A DNA stretch of 64,000 nucleotides from Vitrella brassicaformis CCMP3155 (GCA_001179505.1 CDMY01000453.1:1-64000), one strand, 5' to 3'; shown: positions 47,181 to 59,169, numbered from the stretch's first letter. Notes: a model not told the origin generated them from the sequence alone. Translations and numbers: made by a program.

Positions 47181-47897
47181 TCAGTCGTCCTTGTCCTCCT
47201 CGAAGAGCTTGCGCTTCCGTCGGGCACGCCTCCGCCGCCTGCGAGCCGCCTTGTCGGCCGCCAGCTGGGTCTTGAGGGGGTCCTTCTGAAGCAGCGGCCG
47301 GGTGCCGCCGCGCCTGCAGTTCCTGACGAAGTCTCGGAGCATCCCAACGGCCTCGCGACCCTGCACACACAGTTGATTCAAACGACAACATACACACACA
47401 CAGACACACAGAGACAGGTACACGGATGTGTGGTGTCTTCGGTGCATTCATTGTATGTGCCGCCCTTTGTTGGGGTGTGTGTGTGTGTGTGTTGTCTGCC
47501 TGCCTGCACTGCCCGAACTCACATGATTCGCTACATCCATCCATCCATCCATACAGACAGACAGACAGACAGACATCTGTACACCCACCCTTTGGCGGTC
47601 GAGGGCGGCTTCGGCGTCATCGTCAGAGGACGAGTGGTGGGAGTCGCTTGAGTGGCAGTCCTCCTGACTCGAACCAGAGGGTGGTGGGGCTGCCGCAAGT
47701 TGAGCGGCCTTTCGCTTGCCCAGCTGCGCGCCCGGCGGGCGGCCGCCGGGCTGCTCCTGGTCCCTCCCAGCCCCCTCGTCCGTCTTGCCGCTACAGTTCT
47801 TCTTGTCCTTCTCCTTCTCCTTTTTGGCCAGCAGGTCCGCCCAAAACTCCATGGCGTCTTGGTCGTCAAACTCGCCATTGTCGTTGACCGCCGCCAT
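47181..47897 (-). CDS. Hypothetical charged low-complexity protein with a duplicated alternative last exon (second copy 46968-47042)
   Basis: MAAVNDNGEFDDQDAMEFWADLL..LDRQR spliced to GREAVGMLRDFVRNCRRGG..DKDD*; a paralogous exon GREAVEMLQDFVRKHRRGTGEVTS* lies downstream. Confidence 0.55.
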
Positions 47898-47965
47898 GGA
47901 GGGGATGGCTTCGGTGAATGCAATGGGTGGACAGCAGCAGATCGATCAGATCTATGCGCCCTCGG

Positions 47966-49660
47966 TCAGCTGAGCGTGGTGGTGGTTGATGGGATCACGG
48001 CTGCGGCCAGCTGTGCTGATGCGGTCTGATCTTGGTGGTCAAGATCTATCCCCGTAGGGAGGTGCGGGCCGGGGAGGGCGGGGAGCGGCTGGCAAGAATG
48101 GGGCGGGGATGTTCGGGGCCACCGACCAACCAATGAATACGTACCTGCAGCAGGCCACACAGCACAGCACACAGCACACCTCACACCTGAGATGGATGGA
48201 TGGATGGATGAATGCCATGCATATACCGGACAGCTAGAGATCCATACGTAGATGCATCCGTCTCCCGGCCTCTCATACATACCTTTGAGATTTGACCCAT
48301 TGGCGTTCGACCCATTGGCATTGAGATCCGTGGCCGTGTCAGACAGGTGGGCTCGTGACACCAAGACGATGACGTTGAGTGCAGATGCGCCGAACAGGGC
48401 GGCTGCTTGCCACGGCGACATTTCGGGCTCGATGAGGGCATAGATGAGGAGACCGACAGCGATAATGTACTGAAACACACAACGACAAACCAACCACATT
48501 GACCGGCTAGACACACCGTGGTCACGACTGAGTCTGCCTCCTTACCTGTGCAGAGTCGGGCTCTCCGAGTTTGTCGAGGAGAAGCCTCTTTCCGCCTGAT
48601 AAACTACAACAATGTGTTAACAGACGGGTGCCGGCAGAAGGAGGGGTGACTGCGACTCGTAAGTAACTCGACCCACCGGTGCTGCAATGTTCAGTTCAAT
48701 GTAGCTCTTACACGCGGCGTCATACACGCCACCTCTCGAGTTCGATTTGCATGACGCCCTCGGGGCGCCATCCTGCTTGACCACTGCACGCACACACGCA
48801 CACACACACACACACACACGTGTGATGGTGTGTGTGTGTCTGTGTGTGTGTGCGGCGCCGACCTCTCTGCTGGGTCTTCCTGGTGAGTTTGAGGTTGGTG
48901 AAGAAGGCCACACCGGTGTGGTCATTGCTCCCGCTGAGGAGCACCTCACTCGAAGATGTGTAGGGGTTGTCTGTCTTGCTCGCTTGTCACACCACCGCCT
49001 CCGCCGACAGCAGGGCCCGAGACACGACAAGGCCTTTCGGGCTCCACGGGGTCCATCTGCAAAGAAAAACACATACTACGCGTGTGCACAGATGCATCCA
49101 TTGCAGTGTTCGCAGATGCATCCACTCACGTGCGTTCACACCATTAGCAGCTCAATGGTCCTGAATGAAGTCTCGCCACCTGCGTCTTCGGGTTCTCTAT
49201 GCCTGAGACACACATACAATGTGCACGTGTGTCTGCGTGTGTTGTGTACGCTGATTCTCAGATTTGTGGTCGCCCCTGAGGTTGGCCAGAAGATCGTGTT
49301 AGTGCTTCTTGATGCTGTCCATCATGGCCTTCTGCTCAGATGCCATTCTGCGCGCACACATAATACACACACACGTGTGTGGTGACGGTAGCTTAAGGGT
49401 GGCGCTTTTCCTCTTCGTGTGCCGTGACGTTGGCCCGCCACGGCGGGTTCATGAACATCTCTTCTGAACAGCGACTGGCTCTTCTGCTGGTGAAAAAACC
49501 TGCATGCAATCACGTGCGGACCACATCATGATTGACTGAATTGTCCAGCCAGAAAAACGCTGCTGAGAGCCGAAACCTTCGCCGAAATCCTCGAACTTGA
49601 CTTTGATCACAAATGGAATGCCAATCGGCTGTACCTATCAATCAGCAAACAGCACAGAGG
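47966..49660 (-). CDS. Poorly resolved multi-exon hypothetical membrane protein (3' part)
   Basis: Exon-like blocks with splice sites: EVLLSGSNDHTGVAFFTNLKLT, GGKRLLLDKLGEPDSAQ, YIIAVGLLIYALIEPEMSPWQAAALFGASALNVIVLV. Phases were not fully reconciled and one block has an in-frame TAA (~49299). Confidence 0.3.
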
Positions 49661-49708
49661 CAGGTTGTGGTGTGATGTGGTGTGCACTGGCCGTTGCTTT
49701 GGACGTAC

Positions 49709-50290
49709 CGTGTGCATGCGTCGAGGCGTGTGTTGAATATGACGGTGCTGAACGAAAACCCTCCCGCTTCACCACCTCGTAGACCTCCATCGCGAGATCA
49801 ACCTGCACAGTGATACAACGGCGCATTGCACCACACAGAGCGGCGTCCGTGGAGTGCATGCATTCCATGTGTCTCTCTGTCCCACCTGAGCGCCTTTCGC
49901 CAGGGCTATCACCAGCGTGGCGTAGACCTCGCCCTTCTCCTGCTTGCACTTTGGCCGACTCGCCTGCTCACTGGCGGCGAGCGGCTGCTCCAGGAACGAG
50001 TGCTTTATAAGGTCCTGGAAGATCCTGTAGGCCGCTGTGAGGTCATTGTGTTGAATGGCTTCGACAAGGCGGCCGTATGCGGGGGAAGGTGGCTGGTATC
50101 GCCCTTGATGAATGTCGACAGAGAGTCGAGGTCGACTTTGGCCTGCACGACCAACGTAACGGCCTGCAGGCATTTTACCGACCGCAAGCCAAATGTGTAT
50201 GCGGCAATATCGTGATGACTCTTTGTGAGTTTTGCGTACGTGGCGTCAGACACGACCCCTGGCACCCATTGCCTACTCGATCGCAGAGAA
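49709..50290 (-). pseudogene. Pentatricopeptide-repeat (PPR)-like coding region with two apparent frameshifts
   Basis: AYGRLVEAIQHNDLTAAYRIFQDL, VYATLVIALAKGAQ|VDLAMEVYEVVKREG and, after a shift at 49755-49758, FSTVIFNTRLDACTR match the PPR helix consensus. A second shift lies at 50081-50085. Confidence 0.5.
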
Positions 50291-52472
50291 TAATCGCAGA
50301 GAATATCGCAGAGAATATCGCAGAGAGTATCGCAGCCAGCACAGCAGCGCCAAACAGAAGTCCGGGGCACACAGTCGCTTCTGAAACAAGAAGAAGACAA
50401 CTCAACAGCAGCCCGAGAAGGAGGGAGGGTGACTTACTGCAGCTTCATCGTAACGGATCATCATCTGTCTCTCCACCATGATCACCTGAGCCCCTAGGTG
50501 GAGCCGGTCGACCACCCTAGCTGTACAGCACACAAACTCAGATACCGTCATTCCTCAATACCAAGATCCGAGAGGAACATCTGGTATTCCTTTTTCTGAT
50601 CCTGGAGACGATGCCTGTAGAAGACACGATGTTGACTCCTTTCCCTTGCCTCTTCCCTTATGTGTCCTGGGCCTACGGTGACAGAGGAAGCCGGCGATAT
50701 AGTGTACGATGACGTCGGACAGTCGAATGAATGTCCCTCTCGCACCATGTAGCCGAACACCAGCGCCCCGATGAGCATCACAACGCATAAGAGAACAGTC
50801 GACGTATTCTACATGGAGAACACCACAGGCGAGAGCCAAAGATGGGCTGCAAAGATGGACTGTGGCTCATCAACTTTCTTCCCATCAACCTACCTTGGCG
50901 CCGTTTGTCCATCGATGGGGCACCCAAGACATGAGGCTTGGCTTGGCCTCTTCGAACTTGACTTTGATCACAGATGGAATGCCCAGGCGGCCAGCATTTC
51001 CCATGGCGTGTCGCCCACACATACGACACACTCCTTGGTCATATGGCCTGGGCGGCGGTCAAACTCCTCTACAAGGGTCAGGGTCTGAAGGGTGAGAGGC
51101 CAAGATACTGCTGGCGGAATGTTTTCTATCCCCCTCGTGTGTGTGTACCTTGCAGACCTCTCCCGGAACCGCTTGACTATCAACCTCGCGACGCTCCGCT
51201 CTCTCCCTCGCCGTGCAGATGGGCTTGGGTAGACACCGTGTGAACGAGATGCCCGGCGTGCGAAAGCTGTCGGTGTTGAAGGAGGACAGCTCAGAAGTGG
51301 CACAGAGGCTGCTGACAGCTCACAGGGCGCCGAAAGCACTGCTGATGGGACAAAAACCGCCAAAAAGCCAAAACATCATTAAAGAATATTGGCCGTCTCG
51401 GCTGGCAAGCGAATTCTCGCCAATGAAGCTCGCCTTTTTGCCTATGCCTTTGAACCTCTTATGCCATGATTTCATGGTTTGATGTTCCGCATCGGATTGC
51501 ATTGAGGCGGCTGCGTGCACATCCGATGAGGAGTAGAAAGGTGAGGGCCATGTAACTCTGCCGCGCCGGACACCCAGAGTGCGAAGACCATCGTCTTTCT
51601 TACCTCCCTGTCCAGTGTTGCTTTTTGTGGCCTCCATTCGGCTCCTCGGGCGACCAGTGTCAGCCGCGGAGCCAAAGCAGCTTGTAGAAGCTTACAGAGC
51701 AAACAGCGAGAGGAGATCTCGGCGTGTGCTCGCAAGAGAAGACCTGCAGGCAAGACAACAGCCTCAGCAATCGTCCCGTTGCTTCGCTGCTGCGGGCTCA
51801 ACTTTTCCCTTCGCACGTCGGTCGTATTTCAGTGCTTTGAGGGAAAGAGGGCAACCGATGAACGGTCTCGGGAGCCCCCGAGCAGAGGTGGGTGGCAATT
51901 GGTGGGTGGCAATTGATCTTCTCCCAACCAATCACTCTTTCGCCAGATCATCTAAGTGTTTGCTTGTCGTTTGCTCGTTCAGGGGAGGAAGCGAGGGCGG
52001 TCGAGGAAGGGCATCACGACGGCAAACCGCAGGTACGGTGCACGGATTCATGTGGCACCACTTTGATTGGCGTATCACTGTTGGTTCAAATGAACGGGAT
52101 GGGGACGGCCTTCATATCCGGACAGCTATCGACTGATGCTGGGCTGACTGATGACACATTTGCAGCTGCTCTCCAGGTACACAAGAAATCTTCCCTGTCG
52201 GCCTCACATCGGGTGTGTGTGTGTGTGTGTGTGCAGCCAATGGGGTGGCCGCATTTTTCACCCAAGCACGCGGCTGCCTTCGGCATGGTTGGCACTGACG
52301 CGGCGCCTTTCGGTCATTCATTGTGCGCCGAAGGATCTACAGCCTCACGTCATCGCACAGGTCCACTCCCACCCTCTCTGACCCGTCAATCGGACTCACA
52401 GGTGAAATGACTGCACCCAAGCAAGAAACACGCCCATATGTCCGTCTTTTCTGTCTGTGTATTCACCTCCAG

Positions 52473-53250
52473 ATGCGCACAAAGAATGCAGTCGAGGTGA
52501 CGATCGGCGAGCGGCTCCAGCTGGTGGACGAGTTTGAGAGCCGCAAGCGAGACGGAGAAGCCATTTCGATGCTTCAGTTCGCCAAGGAGAAGGGCATCAC
52601 CCCGCCGACCAGATTCAAGCAGTGGTGCATTGACATCAAGAAGCAGACGGCGGCCGGCAAGCAAATCGTCGATCCGACCAAAAAGCGCAACAGACAGCCC
52701 AAGTACCAGCCGATCGAGGACGCGATGTGGCAGTGGATGGCCAGCCGTGGTGACCCAATGAAAGTCCCCCCGAAGGACATCAGGGCCAAGGCGATTGAGA
52801 TCGCCAGTCGGTTGGGCATCACTGGCTTCTCGGCGAGCGATTCGTGGACTAAGGCCTTCAGGAAGCGGTGCCAACAGGTCAGGAAAAGACAACAAGTGAA
52901 GTAAGAGATTCACTCTTTATCGATCCATGCCTGTTTCTCAGATTCGTTTGCCGTCCTCTGAGGCGCCTGTGTCGGCTGCAGCTGCACGTCCCCCTTCCCC
53001 AATGCAGCCGCCCCACCCCCATCCCCCACCCAGGCCCCTCATCCACCAGTCGGAAGCAGCTCCAGCTGCCGCTGCTGCTGATGCTGCCGCTGATGCTTAC
53101 ATTCGTGTGGCGGATGGGTTCCTCGGACCGATCACCAACCTCAGCCGACAGGTAACACACTCGGCGTGCCGACACCACGGCCGACACACCAGAATTGAGA
53201 AGGCTACGAATCTTTGGTCGGCTGCAGAGCACTTGGCCGGCAGAGGATAG
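52473..53250 (+). CDS. CENP-B/Tc5 (pogo-type) double-HTH DNA-binding protein with no DDE domain; probable extra upstream exons from ~51970
   Basis: TIGERLQLVDEF..QFAKEKGI, then KKRNRQPKYQPIEDAMWQWM..IRAKAIEIASRLGITGFSASDSWTKAFRKR (HTH_Tnp_Tc5 pattern). The next exon is Pro/Ala-rich and ends at 53250. Confidence 0.72.
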
Positions 53251-54387
53251 CGCACCTGGTGACGGCGATCGGCCGCTTGACACACAGTCGCAGCCATCAG
53301 AGCCACCGAACACCATCTGAGCGACCGAGGTGGTGGATGCGGAAGACGGTGGGTCGCCGCAAGGTCAGGAAGACAGACGGTTTCGTGATTCTGTTTTTTG
53401 CGTTTGTGCGCGCCCATGTATCAACTGGCTCTCTCTCCATATGCCCTCGTGTTCTACATTTCACTTCATCGGTGTTTTGTTTCATCTCTCTCCGTGCACT
53501 GCTCTATCTGTGTATGTGTGTGTGTGATCCATGCCCGTGTTCCTGCCTCGGTACCTGACGTCAGTAGATGCTCTCCTTCTCTTGCCTCCTGCCTGGATAT
53601 ATCCGCCGTGTTTAGGACGATAGATGCTAAGCACTACACACACAGGCGCTCTCGGGCTCCGCCTGTCTATGTCTCTTGGGTGTCGTCGGGTTGCGAGTGA
53701 CCACGCCAACTTGCTCCCTGCCTGCCTGCCTGCCTCGTGTCTGTCTGTCTGTCTGTCTCTGTGTACACACCAGAGATGCAATCGTACATACGTCACTGGG
53801 CGATACCTCGTACGCTCCTTTGCGTGATTGGCTGCCTTCGTCTGTCTCGTCTTCCTGTGTGTGTGTGTGTGTGTGTCTCATAGTGCCTGGCAATGCAGAA
53901 GTGGGCTTCTTTCTCGGGCTTTCTCCGCCCCTTCACCTGCCTGCGTAGCTGCACGCGAACAGATCTTTGCCCTTGTCTGGCCCGCACGTGTCTCGTCTCA
54001 TGCGCGTGCTTATACCGACTCCACAGTTTTGCCGTCAGAAACAGGGCTTTTGAGCTCTGGTGTTTTGCCTTTAGAAAAATCACGGTGACTTAGTACACAT
54101 CGGTGCGACATGATGATGCACTTGTGCTCGGCGAACTCGCCAATGCCATGACCTCCACTTGTGCTCCGCGAGTGCCATGACCTTTATCGTGCTCCTGACA
54201 TGGGTAGGCTCCATTCTGTTGCCTCCTTCCTGCCGGAGCTGTCGCATGTTGCCTGTGTGGGTTACGAGCAAACATAAATGATCGTAGAAATGTACAACTT
54301 ATGAGCGTATGTCTTATGAATTGCTCATGGATGGTCGGTCAGTCCCTGGTGCGTCCATCCCATGAGACAAACGCGTGACAAGGTGGG

Positions 54388-54452
54388 AGACTGCTCTCAT
54401 TTGAGAGAGACAAAAGTGTGGTGTGGCTCACTCTCTCAAATGAGAGCAGTCT
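54388..54452. repeat. Perfect 22-bp inverted repeat with a 21-nt spacer (hairpin)
   Basis: AGACTGCTCTCATTTGAGAGAG (54388-54409) and its exact reverse complement CTCTCTCAAATGAGAGCAGTCT (54431-54452). Confidence 0.92.
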
Positions 54453-54884
54453 TTTGCCATTCTCTCTAGCCTCTCCTGCTGGTGTGTTTGCTGGCTGCCT
54501 GATATGCGGTGTGCGTATCGATGATGGACATTTGAAACACATGGAGAGATACGCAAAGTAACGAATGACCCCATAAAGCTGCATCCGCCGAAAGGCGCAT
54601 TGAATGGAATTCAAAGTCTCATCAGTGACATTATGTCCTCCTCACTGCATGCACTGTCCACCTGCGTGTGTGTCCCGCCTTTGTGCACTGCCTGGGACGG
54701 TGCACAGGGACGGGTCATACACGCACACAAACACACACACACAACACGGCACCTCACTCACCACGCATCCACCCATACACACCACACCACACCACACGTC
54801 ACACACGCACACGCATGCCCAAGCCGTGGACTCTCAGACGAGACCTAGGCAGTCTTGTGGCGTCGCGGGCAGCTGAACGGATTA

Positions 54885-57005
54885 GCCGTCTGTCTGTCTG
54901 TCTCTTGCTTGATACCTTCACCACACAAAGACACGCCAATCTACATCGAAAGAGAGAGAGAAAGTGCGGCCTCTGGCGGAGGGAAAGAGGCTGTTGAAGA
55001 CTCCTGACGACGGCGAGACACGATCCAGATGCAGACTGCCTGAGAAACGGAAACTCGAATGGCGTATGGCTGTGTGTGTGCAGGTAGAGTGTGTCGTTCG
55101 GCGTGTATGGAATGATCGATAGTTCGTAAACGACACGCGTGAGTCGGTCGTCAGGTCTTTGAGTGCACGAGTGAGTCCTTTCCCCCTCTTCACCCGCACT
55201 GTCCACTCAATCATGTGTGTGTGGTCAGTCCGCTGGCCCCACCTACACAGGAAACGATCCTATTGCCATGGAGTGGCTCTTGCCGGTTCTCATGCCGGAT
55301 GCAGTGGCTCTTTAATGTTTGTTCTGACAGGCGACCATCCCCGACCACAAGATTGGAGGCACGGGCAGGCAGTCATACTCATAAACGGACCCGTCTGTGA
55401 ACTTGTTGCAGCCTTTCCCCGGCTTACTGCACAGTTGTTGAACGACAAAGGGTGACACAAGCAAACAAGTATATAAGATTGAGCTGCTCAGTCAGTCTTA
55501 CCAGTTGTCGCCGTAGTTGCCAGCCACCTGCACACAACAAACAAAGTCGAGCGATCAAAAGATACGAAGGAAGGCTTTGTACTTTTGAGGATGGTACCGA
55601 CCTTGCACCTCTTGGGATTGGACTCCGGCTTCACGTCGTTGGGGAAGCCATACACTTTCTCGTAGCATTTGGTGGCTCGGCCCAGGTGGTCCTTTTTGTC
55701 CTTGCAGTCCTCATCCTTGTCGCACGGGTTGCACGGGTCCCTGTCTGTGCACCACGGCTTCTTCTACACACACACACACACACCCACACACACACACGCA
55801 AGGCAGCTCCTGAATCGCTGTAAATCGGCGGCCTGTCAGCCCACCGGTGCGGTCGTGTTGCTCAGCAGTGGTGTCCCCCTGGAATTTCCGGCAGGGAGAG
55901 ACAGCTCCTTCTCGGTGGCCTGAATGGTATGTGCCTTTGGCTCTGCACCGCACAAAGCGTGCACACACGTGCACACACATTGATTGCATGTCGGCACACT
56001 CGTGCGCACGTGCATAAATCCATCATGCCTAGTACTACCCTGCACGAGAGAGACTGCTGCCGTAGCTGTGACCGTCAGGATGATGGCCAAGGGAAGCAGT
56101 GGAGAGGGGCTGCGCTGCGCCATCGCGAAGACGACAACGGGGTGACGAACTTGAAGAAGACGAACTTGAAGACGGTTGGGGGGCGTCTCCTCGGCGACGC
56201 GCGTCCTGTGCGACTCGACAAAGCTGGCAGTGGAGACTCAGTGACAGTCGGTCTTCGACTCAACAGCTCACGTACTCTCAGAGGGATCGGAACTCAGACA
56301 AAAGGAGGACGCGACACAAAACGCGAGCTCGGCTCCGCGATACCGATCGCATCACTCATGAATCGCTATGAGTTGGTGAGCTCACATTGCCCATAACTGT
56401 ACCTGCCGCATGGAGGGAGAGACATACATCAGAAGGAGGAGAGGCTGTGAAAGGTCCGCTGCGAATCGCTCACTCGTTGTCAAACATTAACATTTTCAGT
56501 GACGAACGCGTTGACAAGTGCATCACATCAGCGAGAGTCAGAGTGGCTGGCTGGCAGGGAGCAGACACACATAATCACACAATGGGAAGCAGGCAGATAT
56601 ATACATTCATGTGTAATTCAGAGTTGCATCGTTTTTTTTTTTCAGCGGATGCCAGAAACAGCACACAAGAAACGATGCCTCTGAGTCATTGGAGCGATAA
56701 AGGTCTCCCTCCCTCCCTCGCCGTCTGTCTGTCTGTCTGTCTGTCGCTTGCTTGATACCTTCACCACACAAAACGCAGAAAGACACGCCAATCTACACAT
56801 GAGTCATACTCAAGGCATCAAAGGAGAGAGAGTGCGGCCTCTGGCGCGGGGAAATACACGAGGGCGAGACACAATCGAAATGCAGGCGCCCCGCGACACG
56901 AGTCGGCCGATGTGAAAATCGGAAACTCCCACGCCGTACATACACATGAGGATCGAATGGCCTGTGGCTGTGCGTATGTGCGGACAGGGTGTGTCGTTCA
57001 GTCGG
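54885..57005. repeat. Pair of diverged direct repeats (~54885-55110 and ~56720-57005) bracketing the Cys-rich gene
   Basis: Shared collinear blocks: CTTGCTTGATACCTTCACCACACAAA, AAGACACGCCAATCTACA, AGTGCGGCCTCTGGCG, CGAATGGC.T.TGGCTGTG and GTGTGTCGTTC. Confidence 0.8.
55312..56123 (-). CDS. Small secreted Cys-rich protein (~160 aa, 5 exons, 10 Cys) requiring one frameshift correction
   Basis: Signal peptide MAQRSPSPLLPLAIILTVTATAAVS. The reading WCTDRDPCNPCDKDEDC..KCYEK / VYGFPND..RCK|VAGNYGDN|CKPGKGC..DC..ACQNKH* is continuous only if one base of the run at 55656-55659 is removed. Confidence 0.55.
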
Positions 57006-57291
57006 TGATTGGTAATTTACGACAGACACACGTGTGGATGGATGGTGTGTGGGCCTCCGCTGGCCCTAGTAACGACCACGGCAGATCAGCATTCCGTTCA
57101 ATGCTGTCACTGACCCTGCTTCCAACAATGAAGACAACGATTCAATTCAGCACATCACGTGTGTGTTATCGACAGTCATCAGATGACACGAGCGCATGCA
57201 GTCTCTTTGAGACGCACTCATACACGCAAATACCCACAGAGACCATGTGTAACCAGCCGCATGGATGGATCGCACCAATCCACCCATCCAT

Positions 57292-59169
57292 TCACCCCTC
57301 GTTGAGCAGCTCCTTGAGTCTCTCTTGGTGCGCGGCTGGCGTCGGCTCCTGGTGCTCCCTGCACACACACAGACTCGCGTGTTTGACGGGACAAATACTG
57401 AGTGCATTAGTCACCTGATCCATTGGGAGATGAGCAGCACCAGGGGGTTGGTCCACGAGTGACGCAGCCACGACGAGTCGCCGCCGGCACGCGACTTGAC
57501 CGCTGCACTCTGCACCACACCCACACAAAGGCAGCCACCACACACGTGTGTACGCTATAAGCCCCTGCTCACACACTAAGTGACCTACCTGTGTGTTTGC
57601 CGTGGAGTCCCCCTGCTGCTGCTGGCGGTCTTTGTTGAGCGCCTCGATGAACTTGTCGACATGGCCGAATCTGACCATCTTGCCGGACGCCATGTGTGCG
57701 ACGTGTGTGGCCCACGCCTGCATGCCGTCAAATATGTGGGTAGCGTAGACGATCGTCACGCGGCGCTGCACCGACTCCTCATACAAAAACTGCAGCAGCT
57801 GCACCGCGCCAACCAGAGAGAGACAGAGAGAGAACAAGTGTGTGTGTCTGGGTGTGGCTGTGTGGCTGTGTCGCTAAGGTTACGTCTTGCCGCGCCACGA
57901 CGTCCAAGTCGGTGGTGATCTCGTCCAGCAGCAGCACCTGCACACACACACACACACACACACATAAACACACGTGTGTGTCGGTCTGGCTGGCTGGCTG
58001 TGTGAGGATGATGTAGGTACGTCGAAAGGTTTGACGAGGCCCAGCAGCAGCTGCACGCGACGCCGCTGACCCTCAGACACCTGCACAGCACACAAGACAC
58101 ACATAGACACACACACACACACACACATAATACACATGCCATTCGGTGCTTGCCTGGTGCATCCTCCACTCGAGGTCAACCTGCACACGAAGATACACAC
58201 ATTAGTGGCCTACACGTGTGTCTGAGATTGTGTGTGTGTGGTCAATGGCTCACCCCCAGCACGTGTATGAGGTGCTTCAGCCTCTCCGTGTCCGGCACAG
58301 CAGCTCCCTTGAGCATCGACCACACAGGAAAGTCTCCCTGACACACACACAGACAAGCCCACAGACACACACGTGTCAATCAACGCCCACAGACACACAC
58401 GTGTCAATCAACGCGGCCAGACACACCAGACACATCAGAGAGGCCATGGGAACCGACCTACTCAACTCACCTGGTAGGCCACGCCGTAGCCGCAGAAGGC
58501 CACATCACGCACCCAATTGCCGCCTGCAGACATCAACACATCCATCCATCCATCCATCCATCCATTGCAGTGTGTGTGCCAATCCACCGGTCGGCCGACC
58601 TACCTAGGTATGACACGCGCGCCTCGACCTCTCTGTCGTGGAAGGGCGACCCGCCCAGTATCTCTATAGACGACCTACAGACACAGACAGAGAAACAGAC
58701 AGACAGACACATGAGGGAACGAACAAGGACAAGACAACACCCATGTGTGGCCACGGCGTTCAGTCAGTCACCTGGGCACCATGTTCTTGCCGCCCAGCAG
58801 CCGCAGGAGGGTGCTCTTGCCTGCAGCCGTCAACGCAATTCACACACACATCCACACACACACACACACACGAGCCCAAAGTGTGTGAAGATCCACGCAC
58901 TGGCAGACCGCGCTCACCTGCTCCATTCTCTCCCACTAACAGACACCTGCACACACACAAGCACACGACCATCATTGTGTGCAGATCTGCCATCCATGAG
59001 CTGTGACAGTGATGCCCTTCCATCTCAGCACTCCAGCAGTCACTTGCCTGTCGCCCTTCCTCAGCTGCAAAGACACATCGCGCAGCACGTGCTTGCTGCT
59101 CGCGCCATAGGCGAAGTCCAGCCCCCGGACAGCCACAGACGGCGGCCGCTCTGTTTTGTCCGAACACAT
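57292..59169 (-). CDS. Soluble single-NBD ABC ATPase, ABCI20/21 / yeast CAF16-like, ~12 exons
   Basis: LDFAYG..VLRDVSLQL, Walker A LVGENGAG|KSTLL, VDLEWRMHQ|VSEGQRRRVQL signature, Walker B LLLDEITTDLD and H-loop YATHIFDG. No TM domain. Confidence 0.88.

Noticed and set aside
49290-49345. In-frame TAA in MASEQKAMMDSIKKH*HDLL as evidence of stop-codon reassignment
   Set aside because: TAA acts as a normal stop elsewhere (14669-14671, 55312-55314) and the local exon frame is unresolved.
52323-53250. Active pogo/Tigger transposon
   Set aside because: No DDE catalytic domain, TIRs or TA target duplication is visible.
58341-58412. 28-bp tandem duplication in an ABC-gene intron
   Set aside because: Intronic, two copies, no sign of function.
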